Part shown: one piece after another, positions 35,086 through 49,231 of the stretch
How positions within the stretch are numbered: position 1 is the first letter of the stretch
How the letters are laid out: the number at the start of each line of letters is the position of its first letter
Translations under genes and position numbers: made by a program
The notes under the pieces: generated by a model
Databases searched by the model: none
What the model was told of the DNA's origin: nothing
What the model saw: only the letters and a program-made list of their open reading frames with translations
From: Batkoa obscura
Lineage: Eukaryota
Assembly: GCA_030770535.1 (NCBI GenBank)
Contig: JASVEC010000003.1
Span: 1,426,001-1,490,000, forward strand
DNA: 64,000 nt
Reading direction: 5' to 3'

Positions 35086-35159
35086 CGCTCATAACTGGGA
35101 TCGAACCAGTAACCTCCCGATTAACAGTCGGACGCGCTAGCCAATTGCGCCATACGAGC
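35086..35159 (-). tRNA. tRNA-Asn(GTT)
   Basis: 74-nt cloverleaf, anticodon loop CTGTTAA; identical to 62361-62434. Confidence 0.96.
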
Positions 35160-35236
35160 TTTATTGTTCGAGTTTAGGGTTTAAACTATAATATTTATTT
35201 ATTATTTTTTCAATTTTTATAGATATTTTGTTATAT

Positions 35237-35335
35237 GGTGATATATTTTTTTGTTTAAGGAATTTTACTAACAATCCTTCCACTCAAATAGCGCTTAAAA
35301 GATGGAAAAAGTAATGAAGCCAAAAAAACACTCCC
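35237..35335 (-). mobile_element. MITE copy
   Basis: ATAT on both sides; family core. Confidence 0.9.
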
Positions 35336-35444
35336 ATATTTCAAATGATAAACATTAGTAGTGAACAATAAATAAGTTAATAAAATAAAAGAATTGAAAC
35401 AAAGAAAATCAATAATTACTAAAGGCAGTATTCTTTATTCTGAT

Positions 35445-36572
35445 TTACTCTCTCTTAAAATGGCCATAACGAAGAGAGTAACCATCAATATCATAAAGAA
35501 TGGAATCTTTCTTTTTAAACCCATCAACAGCAGGTAAATTTAATAATTGAGCGTTACCTTCTTTGAATAAAGTAATTGAAAATTCTTTTGGTTTAAAACA
35601 TTTTAATACCTTTTCAACTAATTTTTTGACTTCACTATCATGATCTCCTTTCAATGGAATATTAGTTTCAAAGGAGGCATAAGAGCACTGAGTTTCTGGG
35701 GTTACATGGACGTTGAAGTAGTGTTCATTAGCTAAGGCATTCATGGAAAAACCACATGGTTCAAATAAAAAGGGATCTTGAATTAAATTGGTGTAAATCT
35801 TGCTTAACCCAATTTTATCAGCTACTTCTTCACCTCCTTGACGACCAGTACTATTATTATTTTCAATATAAAATACTTTACTATGTTCTTCATCTAAATC
35901 TGTCATCAATAATTCAATAGTAAAATCATGTGTTAATTCATTGGTCTCGTTAACAGGGAAGATGGTCGTTTCAATAACACTATTTTTACCCGAATTGATT
36001 CTAGAATTGGAATTTACATAAAGATACCAATGTTCACCATTAGTACGACCAATTTTATATGGAGCTCCATTTTCTATAAAAAAGAATTAAGGTAAATACA
36101 TAATAAATAGAAAGAGAAATATCTCACCGAAATACTTATCCAAGTAATTGACTTCAGAATCCCAATCTGAATGAGGGTAAAGTTGTTTTTCTGGAAACAT
36201 AAACGATTTTCTTGAATAAAAAACACGATAAATTTGTTCTACATTTAAGCAACTCTGAGCCAATTCCAAAATCTTTGGAATTGAATGAAGTAAAGTAGTA
36301 GTACCACATGTCTTTAATACTATTTTATGATTATAAACAAACATTGAAGATTCGGATAATAAATAAGAATCCACTTGCTCATTTTGAACAATATTTAAGA
36401 TTTCACAATTGACTAATTTTAACATAGCTATCCAATCTTCCAAACCAACTTTCTTCAATCCTTCATCTCCCTCTTTAGCCTGTGGTAAGAACCAAATTTC
36501 TAATAACTTTTCTGGTCCTTCAAAACCATGAAAATCGTAAGTTTCAATGGGGATACAATCTTCTTTTAACAT
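35445..36572 (-). CDS. SPE2: S-adenosylmethionine decarboxylase proenzyme, 2 exons
   Basis: FEGPEKLLE, YLLSESS (autocleavage), KTCGTT, PCGFS, HVTPE; intron 36127-36074 joins the two ORFs. Confidence 0.95.
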
Positions 36573-39000
36573 TCGTATATCTATTTTTTTTGTTTTTTTA
36601 TATATTGGTTGTTAAACTTTAGCTTATCTTATTACAGATATATAATTAATAATATTGATTGGTCTATTTATAATGACCACGTAAATAAATGTTAGGTAAC
36701 GTCAAAAAGAGTATAATACTGTATGTTGGGTAAAAATGAATCAAAACTTTTTAATAGTGTTTGATTGCAATTCTATTTGTCTGTTAACTTGGGCTGTTTT
36801 ATAAACTTCTTAGAGGTTGAGTTTATAAAAGGTAACTAAATAAAAATAATAATGAATTAATGGGAGTTTTTATATTTAATGTTAAGCGATTACCTTATAA
36901 TTTTAGTTTAATTTAGTTTAGTTTAAAATAAGTTGAAAGTTGCGTTTATTAAGTTGCTGACTATTTGTTTGTAAGTTACTATGCGTTAACAAAGTACTAT
37001 TGGAAAGCAATATATGAAAGTATAAAAATTGATTTTCAAGAAAGAAAAAGAAAGAAAATATTCATTACTTCAATCTCATTTTATGTGTGTTCAATAACCT
37101 TGCATTAAAATTAAGGTAACCTTGTAACCTATCAAAACAATAATAAATTTTTGATTTATTCTTAACTTTCTCTCCTTTAGTTAACTACAAGTTTTTTTTA
37201 TAAATGACATTTTGTACTCTTTTTTCTATTTTTTCTATCCTTTATAAAAATTTTGGGGTTAAATTATAGCTCCTTTTAGCCAATCATAAGCACTTATTTT
37301 TCTCCATATTTTTTGATTTAGAATTTAACATTTTAATCATTGATTATCTTGGCTTCTAGCATTGAAAGTAATTTGATTTATTTTGGGAATGATTTAACTA
37401 TTACAAAAATTAAAGAAATGCAGTAGCTTTATATTGTAATATGATTATTAGTAAATTAAAAAGTAGCTTAAAGGAATAAAGATTGCGAAAGATTGCATCT
37501 TATTTTTTAAATTTTTATTTACTCCTTTTAAAATAAATAAAGTTTTTAATATGTAAATTTATTACGATTAAAATATGAGGAAGATATATGACTCATCCTT
37601 TTTTTTAAAATTGATGAATGATTTTTTTTAAAGAATAATCATCTAAACTAAAATTATCATTTTAATTGGAGAATTGAATTTAAAATCCAGCTATTGAAAC
37701 TCTTTTATGACTTTTTAGCGATAATTTTTATAATTAAATCATTGATGCAGCCAATTTTTTAAGTTTGATCTTTATATTTTTTGAACTTTTAGCATAAATT
37801 TTTTCTTAATAAGTAGCTAATTAAGTTGCAAAAGAGTTAGAACACAGCTTATATAATAGTTGAAATTATTATAAAATAAATCAAAAATTAGAAGAAATTC
37901 ATATAAATAATAAATATAGTTATTATTTATAATAAACTTTACAAAAAGAATATGTTATAAAGAAAACATACAAAAGAATAAGAATTGTAATGTTTTCATA
38001 ATATTATAACTTGATGGAATGTTTTTGTTGATTATTTTTTGTACAAAAGTGAAATATCATATGAGTTTCGATTTATTCTAAACATCATCCACTCATTTAA
38101 CAGGTTAATACTGCAGTAAATAATTAATCTTACATATAGAATTTAAAAAATTATCAATATTTTAGTTATTATTGCTATAATAGCTAATAGAACATTTTTT
38201 ATATATAAAAAACAAGTATCTTTCAATGATAATTAATTCCCAAGTCTAAAATTTTATTTCAAACTCAAAAACTTTAAAAAATTTAATATCTAATCATAAA
38301 ATGAAAACATTTTTATAAAAATAATATCTAATTGGGTTTATCGGATTTATCTTAAAAAATTTTAAAAATTCAGTTTTGCTCAATTTAAACTAATGAAATC
38401 ATTGACTGCTAATAATATCTTCAGTTGATTGGATAAAAAATTAGCCATTATGGCACCATACTTATTATTGAAAATTTAGATCATTCATTTTTAACTGTAG
38501 AAATAAAAATTACACTTTTAAATGTTGACAACTAAATTAATTAATAAAAAACAAATTAAATAAACAATTATCTTGTATTATTTATTGTGTTTATTTTACT
38601 CCCTTTAAGCCATTTTAATAAAAGTAGATCTCAATTCTTGTTCTTTTGTTAAAATAATTTACTTCTTTCAGCTCAATCTTTCAATAAGATTTCTTAGTTT
38701 TTTTTTAGTAATAAGAATTTTTTATATAAAATGCTTTAAGGTTCGGAGTTATACTGTTGAATTTAGCCAATTAAATTGAAACAAATAAGAATATGAGCAA
38801 AATCAAATGAAAATTTAGAAATAAATTAAAGTAATTTTTAAGTTATATGGATTTCAAAAGATATATAAATCAAATGTAAACATTCAATTAAACTTTAGAT
38901 TTTTAGAGTTTTGATTTTTTTTTGATTTTTTTTTTGTAACTGTAGCAGTTACAAGTGTGTTGTAAATTGATATTTAAATAAATAATTAAGTAGTGAAGAA

Positions 39001-39543
39001 ATGAAGCCAAAGAGAATGATGAATAGCAACAACAGTAGTTTGAAGAGTATTAATATTATCAATAATAATAATAGTAATAATAATAATAACGAACATATAA
39101 AAGAATGGGAATATTATAGATTAATTAGTAATAAAAACAAAAATCAAAATTTGAAAAATATGATTAATAAATTAATAGTAGAATTAGGGATTGATTATTT
39201 TACATGTAGTTTAATATTAGATTTTTTTAATTTAAATATTGAATTAAATCAATCTTTAACAATATCTCAATTTATTACATTGAATAACACCCTCACTGAT
39301 AATTTCAAAAAATTATTATTCTTACAACTAGCCATTTTAACTTTATGTTATTATTTATCTGATAAAAATTATAAAAATTTTGATTCTCTATTTCTAGAAA
39401 AGAAATTAAATGTTTATCTAAAAGGGTTAGATAATACAATTAATTTTTTAAATAATCAGAATAATAATCAATTAAATGTTATACCAATGTTAAATAGTTT
39501 ATTAAATGATATTTCTATTGTTCGTAATTGGTTAAAAATTTAA
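39001..39543 (+). CDS. Hypothetical Asn-rich protein (180 aa)
   Basis: Intact ORF with helical-looking C-terminal part; no family recognised. Confidence 0.55.
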   Translation: MKPKRMMNSNNSSLKSINIINNNNSNNNNNEHIKEWEYYRLISNKNKNQNLKNMINKLIVELGIDYFTCSLILDFFNLNIELNQSLTISQFITLNNTLTDNFKKLLFLQLAILTLCYYLSDKNYKNFDSLFLEKKLNVYLKGLDNTINFLNNQNNNQLNVIPMLNSLLNDISIVRNWLKI

Positions 39544-39832
39544 GGTTTAACCTTTCTACCCTTATTTCCTTCATCTTTTCTTTTCTATTTTCTCTATTAT
39601 TTTACATATTCATTTCGTTACTCAATTCCTATTCTATTTCTATTCTATTTCTGTTCATCTCTTTTGCATATACATTTTAAACCTCGATCCTCTTCCCCCT
39701 TCTCTTTATATTCTTACTATACTGTATATTTTCCTTTTATCTAATTTACAATTGCATTAAAAATAAAAAACATTTAAAAAATCAAAATAAATATCATGAT
39801 ATCTTTTTTATTTAACTATAACATACATCGAT

Positions 39833-40134
39833 TTACCCCTTATTAATTTTTTTAGCACCTAATTTAAGTTTTCCTTTCGCTTTACTAGGTATCATTTTAT
39901 TCGTTTTCTTTGTTCCACTTTCATTACTATTACTCATCTTAACCCCTCTATTAATACTGTTATTATCAAATTGATTTTCACTACCCCAATTATCCCAAGC
40001 ATCAACTTTATTATTATCTTCTATTTTATCATCTTTAATTATATTACTATTATCTGAAGTATCCCAATTATCCCAAGCATCCGTAGTAGTATCGTCGGTA
40101 ATTGTATTGATAGTCTTAGTTAATGTAGTCTTTG

Positions 40135-40218
<84 letters not shown>

Positions 40219-40938
40219 GTTGAGTTTTACTAATATCTTCAATAACCTCCTCAATTTCATCACCCCAAGCACCCCAATCATCATTCGCAGTAGTGGTTGT
40301 AGGAGCAGCAGGTACAACATTGGCTATAATATTTGTATTATTACTATTAATTGTATTATCATTGTCTTCTGGTAATAAAATGGATGAATTTTGAATAGAA
40401 TCCGCTGCATATGATATGCCTTTACTTAAATTATTAACTGCCCAATTAGTCCAATTATTATTATTTATAGTATTAATACTATCTGAGTTACTAATCGTAT
40501 TAGTATTCTTTACATTACTATTGTTTGGATTATTTGAATTATTCTGCTTCTCTTGTACAAAACCAGTATCTGGCAATTCTTTTGTAAACTCGTCTACTTT
40601 TAATAAACTTTTATCAGTTAAATTTTTAGCTTGAATTCGAATATTTTTTTCGGTATCCATTAATAAAGGAATTAAATTTGGTAGTAAAGATTGTATAAAT
40701 AATTTTAAATTTAAATTATTAATTAATAATATTAAACAATTTAAACAATTAATTCTACTTGGTGGAAAGGGATCTTTTAATGATTTTATAATTTGATGAT
40801 AAATTGTTATTTTATTACTATAATTGGGTATAATTTTTTCATATATTAAAATGGTATTAGCTCTTACTATCCCCAACTTATCAAATTGTAATTCTTTTAT
40901 TGAATCATAAATATCTTCTATTATTGTGATTATTAAAC

Positions 40939-40975
<37 letters not shown>

Positions 40976-42396
40976 TTCTTCATTATCACTATTATCATTT
41001 TGATTATTATCATTATTACAATCCTTATTTAATTTATTTAATAATAACAAAATAACTTTTAAGCTTAATTCTTTAATTTGTAAATGATTATCTTTTAAAC
41101 CTAATAAAATATTATGATAAATTTCTTTAATATCATGTTCATTAAAATGATGAATGATTTTGTGAAAATTTAATAATAAATTAAATCTCAATTTACGATC
41201 ACTATTTTTAAATGCTTCCATATAATCTTTAACTATTAACTTGGGTTCAAATTCACTTAATTTAATTAATACTTGTATACCTTCATTTTCTAATAATCCA
41301 ATTTTTAAAAATTTACTTAATTCAAAGATAATTTTATATCGTATATAATGTTGATTTAATTCATTTAAATGAAATTGTATTTTTTTATAGAATTGTTGTT
41401 TTTCTTCATTATTTAAAGTTGTAAACTGATTTAATTGATTGTCAATTTCAATTTTAAAATGTCGAAAATAATTGTTATTATTTAATAAGCCATTAATGTC
41501 TTTCTTATAATTCTTATTCATTATCATTTTCCTAATCAATTCCTGTATCCCTTTATCACCATTCTTTTTAAATCTTAAATTATTACTATCTCTAACCTCT
41601 TCCCCTTCAAACAACTCAAATAATAAGTTACCTAACTGATAACTTTCAATTAAAGTTATATTATTTCTATCCGCTATTTCTTTAGGTATTAAATTAAATC
41701 TAGTCAACTCAGCTATAATTTCATCTTTTTCTTCTTCTCTGCCCAAGAATTGTAAATTAAATAACTTCCATTCTAATGCTTGATTCATGACCACATGTTG
41801 TTTTGTGACTCGTCCAATAACAAACCCATTTTCAAATAAAAAATTACATACTTTCTATAATAAAAAATAGATTAATTGCCAAATTAACTTTTACACAAAC
41901 ATGTAAAAAATTTACCAATAATTTAAAACAATGAAAAGGTTCCATAGTTATTTCGTCTTCAAATCCAAGAAATTCCACTCTTTCCGTTACAATAGAAACT
42001 TGATAACTGTTACTATAACCTTCAATAAATTGAATAGAATCAGGATGCTTTAATGTTTTAAATCGCTTTAATACTCTTTCTGCTATCGAATAACCATCCA
42101 CTGCATTTTCAATTTTATAATCTTTATCATTGTGTAAAAATAAAGTGTATTCTTTTAATGTCGACTAAATAATACAAATTAATTATATGTACTATATGAA
42201 TAATTTTTTATAAAATAATAGTATAAACAATGAAACTTACTTTTTGTATCACGTTAAAACACCGCCATAATTTAGATAAAAATGGATCCTTTAAATGTTG
42301 TTCTTCTAGTATACTATATTCTTTTAAGATGGGATTACTACTATATTGTTGTATACCAGTTTGTACTAAATTAATGATATTGCTGAAATAAGCCAT
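39833..42396 (-). CDS. SCYL1/Cex1-like pseudokinase with HEAT repeats (~808 aa, 3 exons)
   Basis: Introns 42240-42165 and 41915-41855 give an open frame; RFKTLKHP, VTERV, EWKL, LKDPFPPSR, acidic W-x-x-W motifs, C-terminal KLGAKK. Confidence 0.85.
40137..40216. repeat. (TAT/AAT)n coding microsatellite (poly-Asn)
   Basis: Encodes a long Asn run in the SCYL1-like tail. Confidence 0.9.
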
Positions 42397-42585
42397 TTTG
42401 ATTATATATTTGAAATTCTATTCCTTTATTTTAATAGACTGTTCCCTTTGTTGCTTGTAAAAATAAAAACTTGATCAAAGAAACTTGAACCGGTTATTTC
42501 TTAGAAAAATGAAATGAGTAAATTCGTTGAATTTTCATTGGATAATAAATTTGGTCAAAAAGCTGTATACAATCAAAGATACATA

Positions 42586-42658
42586 TGCTCCGTATAGGGC
42601 TTGAACCTATGACCTTAGCGTTATTAGCACCACGCTCTGCCAACTGAGCTAACGGAGC
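42586..42658 (-). tRNA. tRNA-Ile(AAT)
   Basis: Identical to the other Ile copies. Confidence 0.96.
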
Positions 42659-42710
42659 ATTTCTGATTATTATTGAAATATAAGTAAAGCTTTAATATTA
42701 TAAATTAAAC

Positions 42711-42782
42711 TTACTAACACGTTTTCCACTCAAGTAGCGTTTAAAAAATGGAAAAAGTACTGAAACCAAAAAAAGCATCCTC
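42711..42782 (-). mobile_element. Truncated MITE copy
   Basis: Family core and one TIR followed by ATAT. Confidence 0.8.
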
Positions 42783-42894
42783 ATATTTTAATGAAAATAA
42801 AATAAAAAATATTCGAGATGCTAAAAGTATACTTTTAAATATTTATATTATTGAAATATTTATTAAGTAAATTAAAATGATAAAATTAGAACAT

Positions 42895-43573
42895 CTAAGC
42901 CTCTTCCTGCTTTTCAACAGGTTGATGAGTTGATGAATTAGAGATATGATGAAGATAAGAAGCAATTCCAAAGACTAAAAAAGTAGTAATAATTGTAATG
43001 ATATGAATAGCAAGAGAACCAGATACAAGTGTATAAAAATTGCCTGATAATACAATGGAGTGGATTATAATATTTACAGCCCCATTAACAAGTAAAACAG
43101 ATCCAATCCAAATACATGCAAAGATATGAGAAAGCTCATAAAACCATATTACTAAGACAGAAAAGCCTACAGCAAAAATAAAGCTTACAATCAATCATGT
43201 TAAAAATAAATGGATAGAAAAGTATCCACAAACCCTAACCTGAAGCTGCTCCTAAAATGATGTCGCCTAAAATACCAATTGCGCCACATAAGATGGCACC
43301 AAGAATAGCAAATCCTATAGTACAACCAAATACAATCCATAAAGCAGTAGTAGGATCACTTGGTGACACATTTACAATGATAACGATACCAAGAAGGTAT
43401 GTCAAGTAACCAAAGAACCAAAGACCAGAGACTCCACGAGTGAATTTGATACATTTCAACCCTTTAGCTAAAATCATACCACCAAATAAAAATAAGATAA
43501 TGCCTAATTCTAGAGCAAGAGTTGACGATATCATTACACTTTTAAGCAAAGAAGTAGAAGTATTCAAGCCCAT
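42895..43573 (-). pseudogene. Multi-pass membrane protein copy A, disrupted
   Basis: TGG->TAG after GAASG, then a frameshift; paralog of 45157-45852. Confidence 0.85.
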
Positions 43574-45156
43574 TATGTTAAATTAATAAAAATCAATAAA
43601 TTTACTATATTTAAATAGTTACAATCTTAAGTGGATATCTAAGACAGAATTAATAAACTATTATAGGCTTTGTGAGCTATTTATATACTGTGAAATTGTA
43701 TTTACGCAGTGGAAATTAAAATGAGATAATATGGTTTTAAGTAAGAACTTAAAGTAATGGTTGAATAAGTAATTGATACTAGGCGATATGGTCTATATGC
43801 TGTTTTATTTAATAAAGGAAACTAATGCGTTTATGATATAAAAGGGATTCAATACTAATATCTCCAAGTAGGTTACCAATATGGTTCGATTGTCCTTGTG
43901 AAGTTGTACCGCATTTTAGCAATGGGTAAGTATATGAATAAAGTTGAAGACTCACCTAATGGAGTAATATTGATTGCACAAAAGTTAGAGAATAGTTCAA
44001 AACCCAACCAACCAAATGGTAGAAGCCGATAATAAAATCAAAGTGGGACTTGAAACTGGATTTTGAGTTGATACTGAATATAGATCTGGTAGATTTAACA
44101 AGAAGAGAGTGAAACCTGTTAAAGTAGTAAATCCTTGTAAGCTTAGGTACTATCGCTTAGGTAAATCGAGAAGTCACGTTGCCTAAGTGGAAGATCAATA
44201 TTGTAAGAAGTTTGAGTATGAAAATTCGCAGTGTTTTACTAAAATAAAATTATCAAATTATAAACTTAATAATTTTACAGTTATTGTAATAGTTTTTTTA
44301 TTTAGTATTATAATCCAACTCTTTTAACTTTCACATAGCTTTAATAACAAGTGCTAATATCTCCCAAAGATGATTAGTGGTGATCCTATAGAGCCTATCA
44401 TATCCACGTCCAAGTAAGAAAAATCAAGAGACAGTCTCTAAATTCCTCATAGTCCTATGAAAATTAGTCAATAGTAATGGGATTTTAGCCCAGGTAGTTT
44501 ACAAGTTGTTAAAGGAACAATTACTAAAAGGCTATATTACTCGCTGCTATAACCTGTGTATATTTCAAAGTGAAATTGTTAGAATCTAACAATACAGTTA
44601 TGGTTGTTAGTATCTTCTTAAGTTTTGAAATAATTTAAACTAAAAAAATAAATTGATGTAATAAATTAACTTTATTTTATCGTTTTTAACAAGGTCTTTT
44701 TTATGTTCCATTATACTTACATGTACTTAGATCAAGTAAGTTATTAGCTACAACATCAAATGTTTCACTAAAAGCATATTATATATATAAATATTATGTA
44801 ATGTTGCAATTACATACTTTAGCAATTTTATGTTATAAAAGTCCAATAGAACATAAAAACGGTTTTTAAAAAAATAATAAAATCAGTTCATTTTTTTTAG
44901 TTTAAATTATTTTAAAGCTTACAGATATTAACAAACACAACTGTATTACAAACATAGTTTTTATAGCTTTAAATACCACTTACATTTAGATTTAAAAATC
45001 TATAGCTTACAACTTCAATGGTCTAAGGAGTTAAATAACGTATTTGATAAATACAAAACAAAATAAAAAAGAACCAAAGTATATAAAATGATACTTTTAG
45101 CCATTAGTTAGTATTGAAGTGTTTATTAATGAAATTAAATAATAGAATTGGGGTAT

Positions 45157-45852
45157 TTAAGCATCTTCTTGCTTTTTAATAGGTTGTTGAATCGAAGAGT
45201 TTGATCTAAAATGAAGATAAGAAGCGATAGCAAAGACTAAGAAAGTAGCAATGATTGAAATAATGTACAGGATAAGAGAACCAGATACAAGTGCATCGTA
45301 ATTACCAGATAATACGATTGAGTTAATTATAATATATACAGCACCACTAATAAGTAAGATGGATCCAATCCAACTAGATGCAAAGATTTGTGCCTTCTCT
45401 TTAAACCATACAACTAGAATAGCGAAAACTAAAGCAAGGATAATACTTACAACTAAATTGATAATGTTATTTGAGACGAAAGGAGAGAAGATGGTCCATA
45501 AACTCCAACCTGAAGCTGCTCCTAAAATGATGTCGCCTAAAATACCAATTGCGCCACATAAGATGGCACCAAGAATAGCAAATCCTATAGTACAACCAAA
45601 TACAATCCATAAAGCAGTAGTAGGATCACTTGGTGACACATTTACAATGATAACGATACCAAGAAGGTATGTCAAGTAACCAAAGAACCAAAGACCAGAG
45701 ACTCCACGAGTGAATTTGATACATTTCAACCCTTTAGCTAAAATCATACCACCAAATAAAAATAAGATAATGCCTAATACTAAGGTGATAATCGACCATA
45801 TCATTAGATTATTACTCAAGTAAGCAGAAGCACTGGAGGTATTAGAACCCAT
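45157..45852 (-). CDS. Multi-pass membrane protein copy B (231 aa; TM7S3/TMEM198/DUF4203-like)
   Basis: About 7 hydrophobic Gly-rich helices; SSWIGS motif; family call from pattern recognition only. Confidence 0.8.
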   Translation of the reverse strand: MGSNTSSASAYLSNNLMIWSIITLVLGIILFLFGGMILAKGLKCIKFTRGVSGLWFFGYLTYLLGIVIIVNVSPSDPTTALWIVFGCTIGFAILGAILCGAIGILGDIILGAASGWSLWTIFSPFVSNNIINLVVSIILALVFAILVVWFKEKAQIFASSWIGSILLISGAVYIIINSIVLSGNYDALVSGSLILYIISIIATFLVFAIASYLHFRSNSSIQQPIKKQEDA

Positions 45853-46933
45853 TATGTTAAATAAATATAAATTAATAAAGTCCGATATACCTTTTGAGCT
45901 ATTTATATACTTAATTTTAATTTCCTATTATTACTGTGGGGGTACTTTCATTTTAAGTTAACCTTAAACTTTGAATAAGTTTATATTTTTACCAATAATT
46001 CTGTATTTTTATGTCAACGTAGTTTCACACAAATCCTATCCTAGATTTATAAGCATTCATTTTTTATAGCTTAACCTTAATTTAGTCTTTTTTACATAGT
46101 GTGGACAAAATTTGACTTAATTTACATGTCAAATGGAAGGTTACTTTATGCCCAATTGAATATACAGCCTCATATCACTCCTTCATCAAAGTTTTAAATT
46201 CAGACCTCATTGCTAAGCTTTTATACTATATTAATTTCTTAACTAAAATGGGTGATAATGATTTGTTATTTAGTTGATTGATTTATTAGATTGAAGGATC
46301 TCCCTGAAATTGTATACACTTTAAATTCACTGTTAAAATAATATCCATTTTTTACTTAATAGTAATTTAAGCTAAACTTTTTTTAAAACAGTGGTTAAAT
46401 TCATTAGATAAAAGATAATCTAATGAAAAAGCCTAATGGTAAATTCTTTTATAGATCTTATGAGTTACCATTTTTGATAAAGGCATTTTACACTATATTG
46501 TTTGTTGTAGTGTATATTAAAAATACAGTGGAAAAGGTTTAAAGCCACACTAGGTCAATTTATTCGAAATTATGTACAATCTAGAATGAACGCTTTGTTT
46601 AAAAATGCTCACGGGCACATCTGTAAATCCTATAAGTGACATACGGTTAAAAACCGGTAGTATAAAATTATCATAAATTTGAATATAAGTTCATATGAAA
46701 TGCCTCGTTTAAAAGACTTAGGCCATAGGATAAACATCTCGATATACAAATAAGGAACTTTATATCCCACTGTGATATTATTAAGGCTAAAAAATTCAAG
46801 GTATCTTGTTTAAAAATCTACTTTAAAATAGAGATATTCTATACAACACCCATAAAGTTTTATTTAAAAGATAAAAGTACAATGATGATTAAACTCAAAG
46901 CTATAAGATTATAAAGCTACATTTAATTAAAAA

Positions 46934-47006
46934 TGGAGAACCCGGGCATCGATCCCGGTGCCTCTCGCATGCTAAGCGAGCGCTCTACCATCTGAGCTAG
47001 TTCCCC
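46934..47006 (-). tRNA. tRNA-Ala(AGC)
   Basis: GGGGAACTAGCTCAGATGGTAGAGCG; CTCGC-TTAGCAT-GCGAG anticodon arm. Confidence 0.96.
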
Positions 47007-47870
47007 GATACTTATGATCGAGCTATAATAATATAACTCTTTGTAGTTAATTGGCAAGTTCTTAGGTAGGGGATACTTTATAGTTGAGAAAATTGTTTTA
47101 GTTTTTGATGAAGAATTAAACTCTTAACAAAGCTAAGGCAAAAATCAGCTGCTTTTTTAAGGTGTAGAGTTTTTTCGAGTGGTTAGATTTTTATAGCTAT
47201 TTTTTTTGAGTGCCCTGCTAAATTTTACTTTATGTGTTTTCAATTCAAAATATACAAATCCAATCTAAAAAATATAAAATTTAATAAATATAATCAATGT
47301 TATAATATAAGATTCAATTTTTAGTATAATTAAATAAAAAATACAAAAGTCCAATATAAATATTGGATTTAGCTTATAATTTAAAAATAAAGTTGTTAAA
47401 AGTAGGAGTTATAAATTAAACTGAGTTTAAAAAGCAGATAAATTAAAAAACTTAATAGCTTATAGTAAATATATTAATCTACATCAGGATTTGAAATTCT
47501 TCCAGTAACCTTTGAATAGCTTAAGTATTTAAAATGATGCTTAATAGTATAATTTTTATTAATTTTTAAGTTATTCTATTAAATTAGCTTTTTTTAAAAC
47601 CCATTTAATATTTAATATTAAATCATTTATTGAGTTATTTTTTTATAATAGAATATTTGTTTTAATTGTATTTTATAAATGCCTAATATCATTTAAAAAA
47701 GAGGAATAAATAAGTAATAAGTAACAATAAATAGTTAATAGTTTTTATTATTATTACTTTATATATATTTATTAATATTTTATAAACTTAAGCATTATTA
47801 TTAAATACGTATTTATTTATTTGGATTTTTTTATACTTAAAATATTTTATAAATTTTGTAATAAAATCAT

Positions 47871-48347
47871 TGTGAAGTATCGCTTCGTTAGCTCTAGGGT
47901 TGATTATAATATAACAATCAATTCAGAGTTCCTTATATAGATTTACTGTGAGGATTGCTACCACCTGATCACGAAGAACTTATTGCCCACGTTTTAATGT
48001 CCATACTTGGCAACTACAATAAGGAATAACTGTTATAATGTTTCTTATATATAGTCACCCAGTTGGAGTACAAAAGAGATTCTTCAATATACTAACTCGA
48101 GGCTTTTTTTGACTGAATTACTCCCTGATATTGTACTATTAATAAAGCCATTAAGTCTTTCTGACAACATCTTACGTAGATTTTACAGTAGTATCTTCTA
48201 TTTTATCTGTTTTACATAATCCGTAGCTTATTACGTGTTATTCCTATTAAGTTAAGTCTATCTTAGTTACATAAACAGACCATTCGACTCAAGGCAAAAT
48301 TAAGCAAGAGTAGCTTTTAACTCCGACACTGAGTATCAACTTTCACG
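47871..48347 (+). mobile_element. Solo LTR, divergent subfamily
   Basis: TGTGAAG...TTTCACG; ATCAT flanks both sides; internal segment differs from the intact LTR. Confidence 0.9.
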
Positions 48348-48730
48348 ATCATAATATTAGTCAATTGGTTTTTAACAATTTTATCAATCTTAGATATGTT
48401 TATTTTTTTTAAAGTTGTATAAATAATAATATTTTTTAATTTATTATATTTTATTTCTATTAAATATTCTTTAATATTTGCATAGGTTATATTATTGTTG
48501 TCGTTAATAAAAGCCAAATGTGGCTTTTTTATATTGTTTTTTTTAATTGATTGATTTAATGTTAATTTATTGATATTATAAAGTTTATATGCTTTTAATT
48601 GTCTATAAATACCTTGTTTTACTTTTTCTGCTGCAATTTCAGTAATTTCCTATTAGCTTTTTTTTTTCATCTAATTTATTATTTTTTAATTGTAATTTTT
48701 TTCATTCAATGTCTTTTTTAAAGCCTTATA

Positions 48731-48829
48731 GGGGAAGTATTTTTATGTTTAAGAATTTTACTAACAATCTTTCCGCTGAAATAGCGCTTAAAAAATGGAA
48801 AAAATAATGAAACAAAAAAAAACACCCCC
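48731..48829 (-). mobile_element. MITE copy
   Basis: GGGG...CACCCCC; family core. Confidence 0.9.
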
Positions 48830-49037
48830 AAATATAATAAGCCATTAAATTTACTATTCAAATAACTATAAGATAATTTATTTTAGATTTAAAAGAGCTA
48901 TTGTGACAAATTTTAATTATACAAAAATTGTTTAAATTCTTAACTAGTAAAAATTTGTTTATTTTATTTATTAACACATCATTATAGACAAAAAATATAA
49001 AATCAAAAATGATTGAACTTTAAAATTGATAACATAT

Positions 49038-49137
49038 GGGGGTGTTTTTTTTGGTTTCATTATTTTTTCCATCTTTTAAGCGCTATTTAGGTGGAAAGAT
49101 TGTTGGTAAAATTCTTAAATAAAAAAACACCCCCCCC
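49038..49137 (+). mobile_element. MITE copy (inverted relative to 48731-48829)
   Basis: ATAT TSD on both sides. Confidence 0.9.
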
Positions 49138-49231
49138 ATATAAACAATATAGAATAGTAAGAGCTATGATATAATATAAGCTAAAATAATTTATTTTGAT
49201 ATGACAAATGCTATAAAGTGGATGTAAAAAA

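Noticed and set aside
36573..36700. Possible polyamine-responsive uORF upstream of SAMDC
   Set aside because: No ATG between the TATA-like box (~36672-36665) and the start codon; a further upstream exon cannot be excluded
43780..44580. Slightly GC-richer islands (also 25400-25700, 46500-46800, 53900-54500) as decayed genes or TEs
   Set aside because: Many stops and no motif I can assign; needs a homology search
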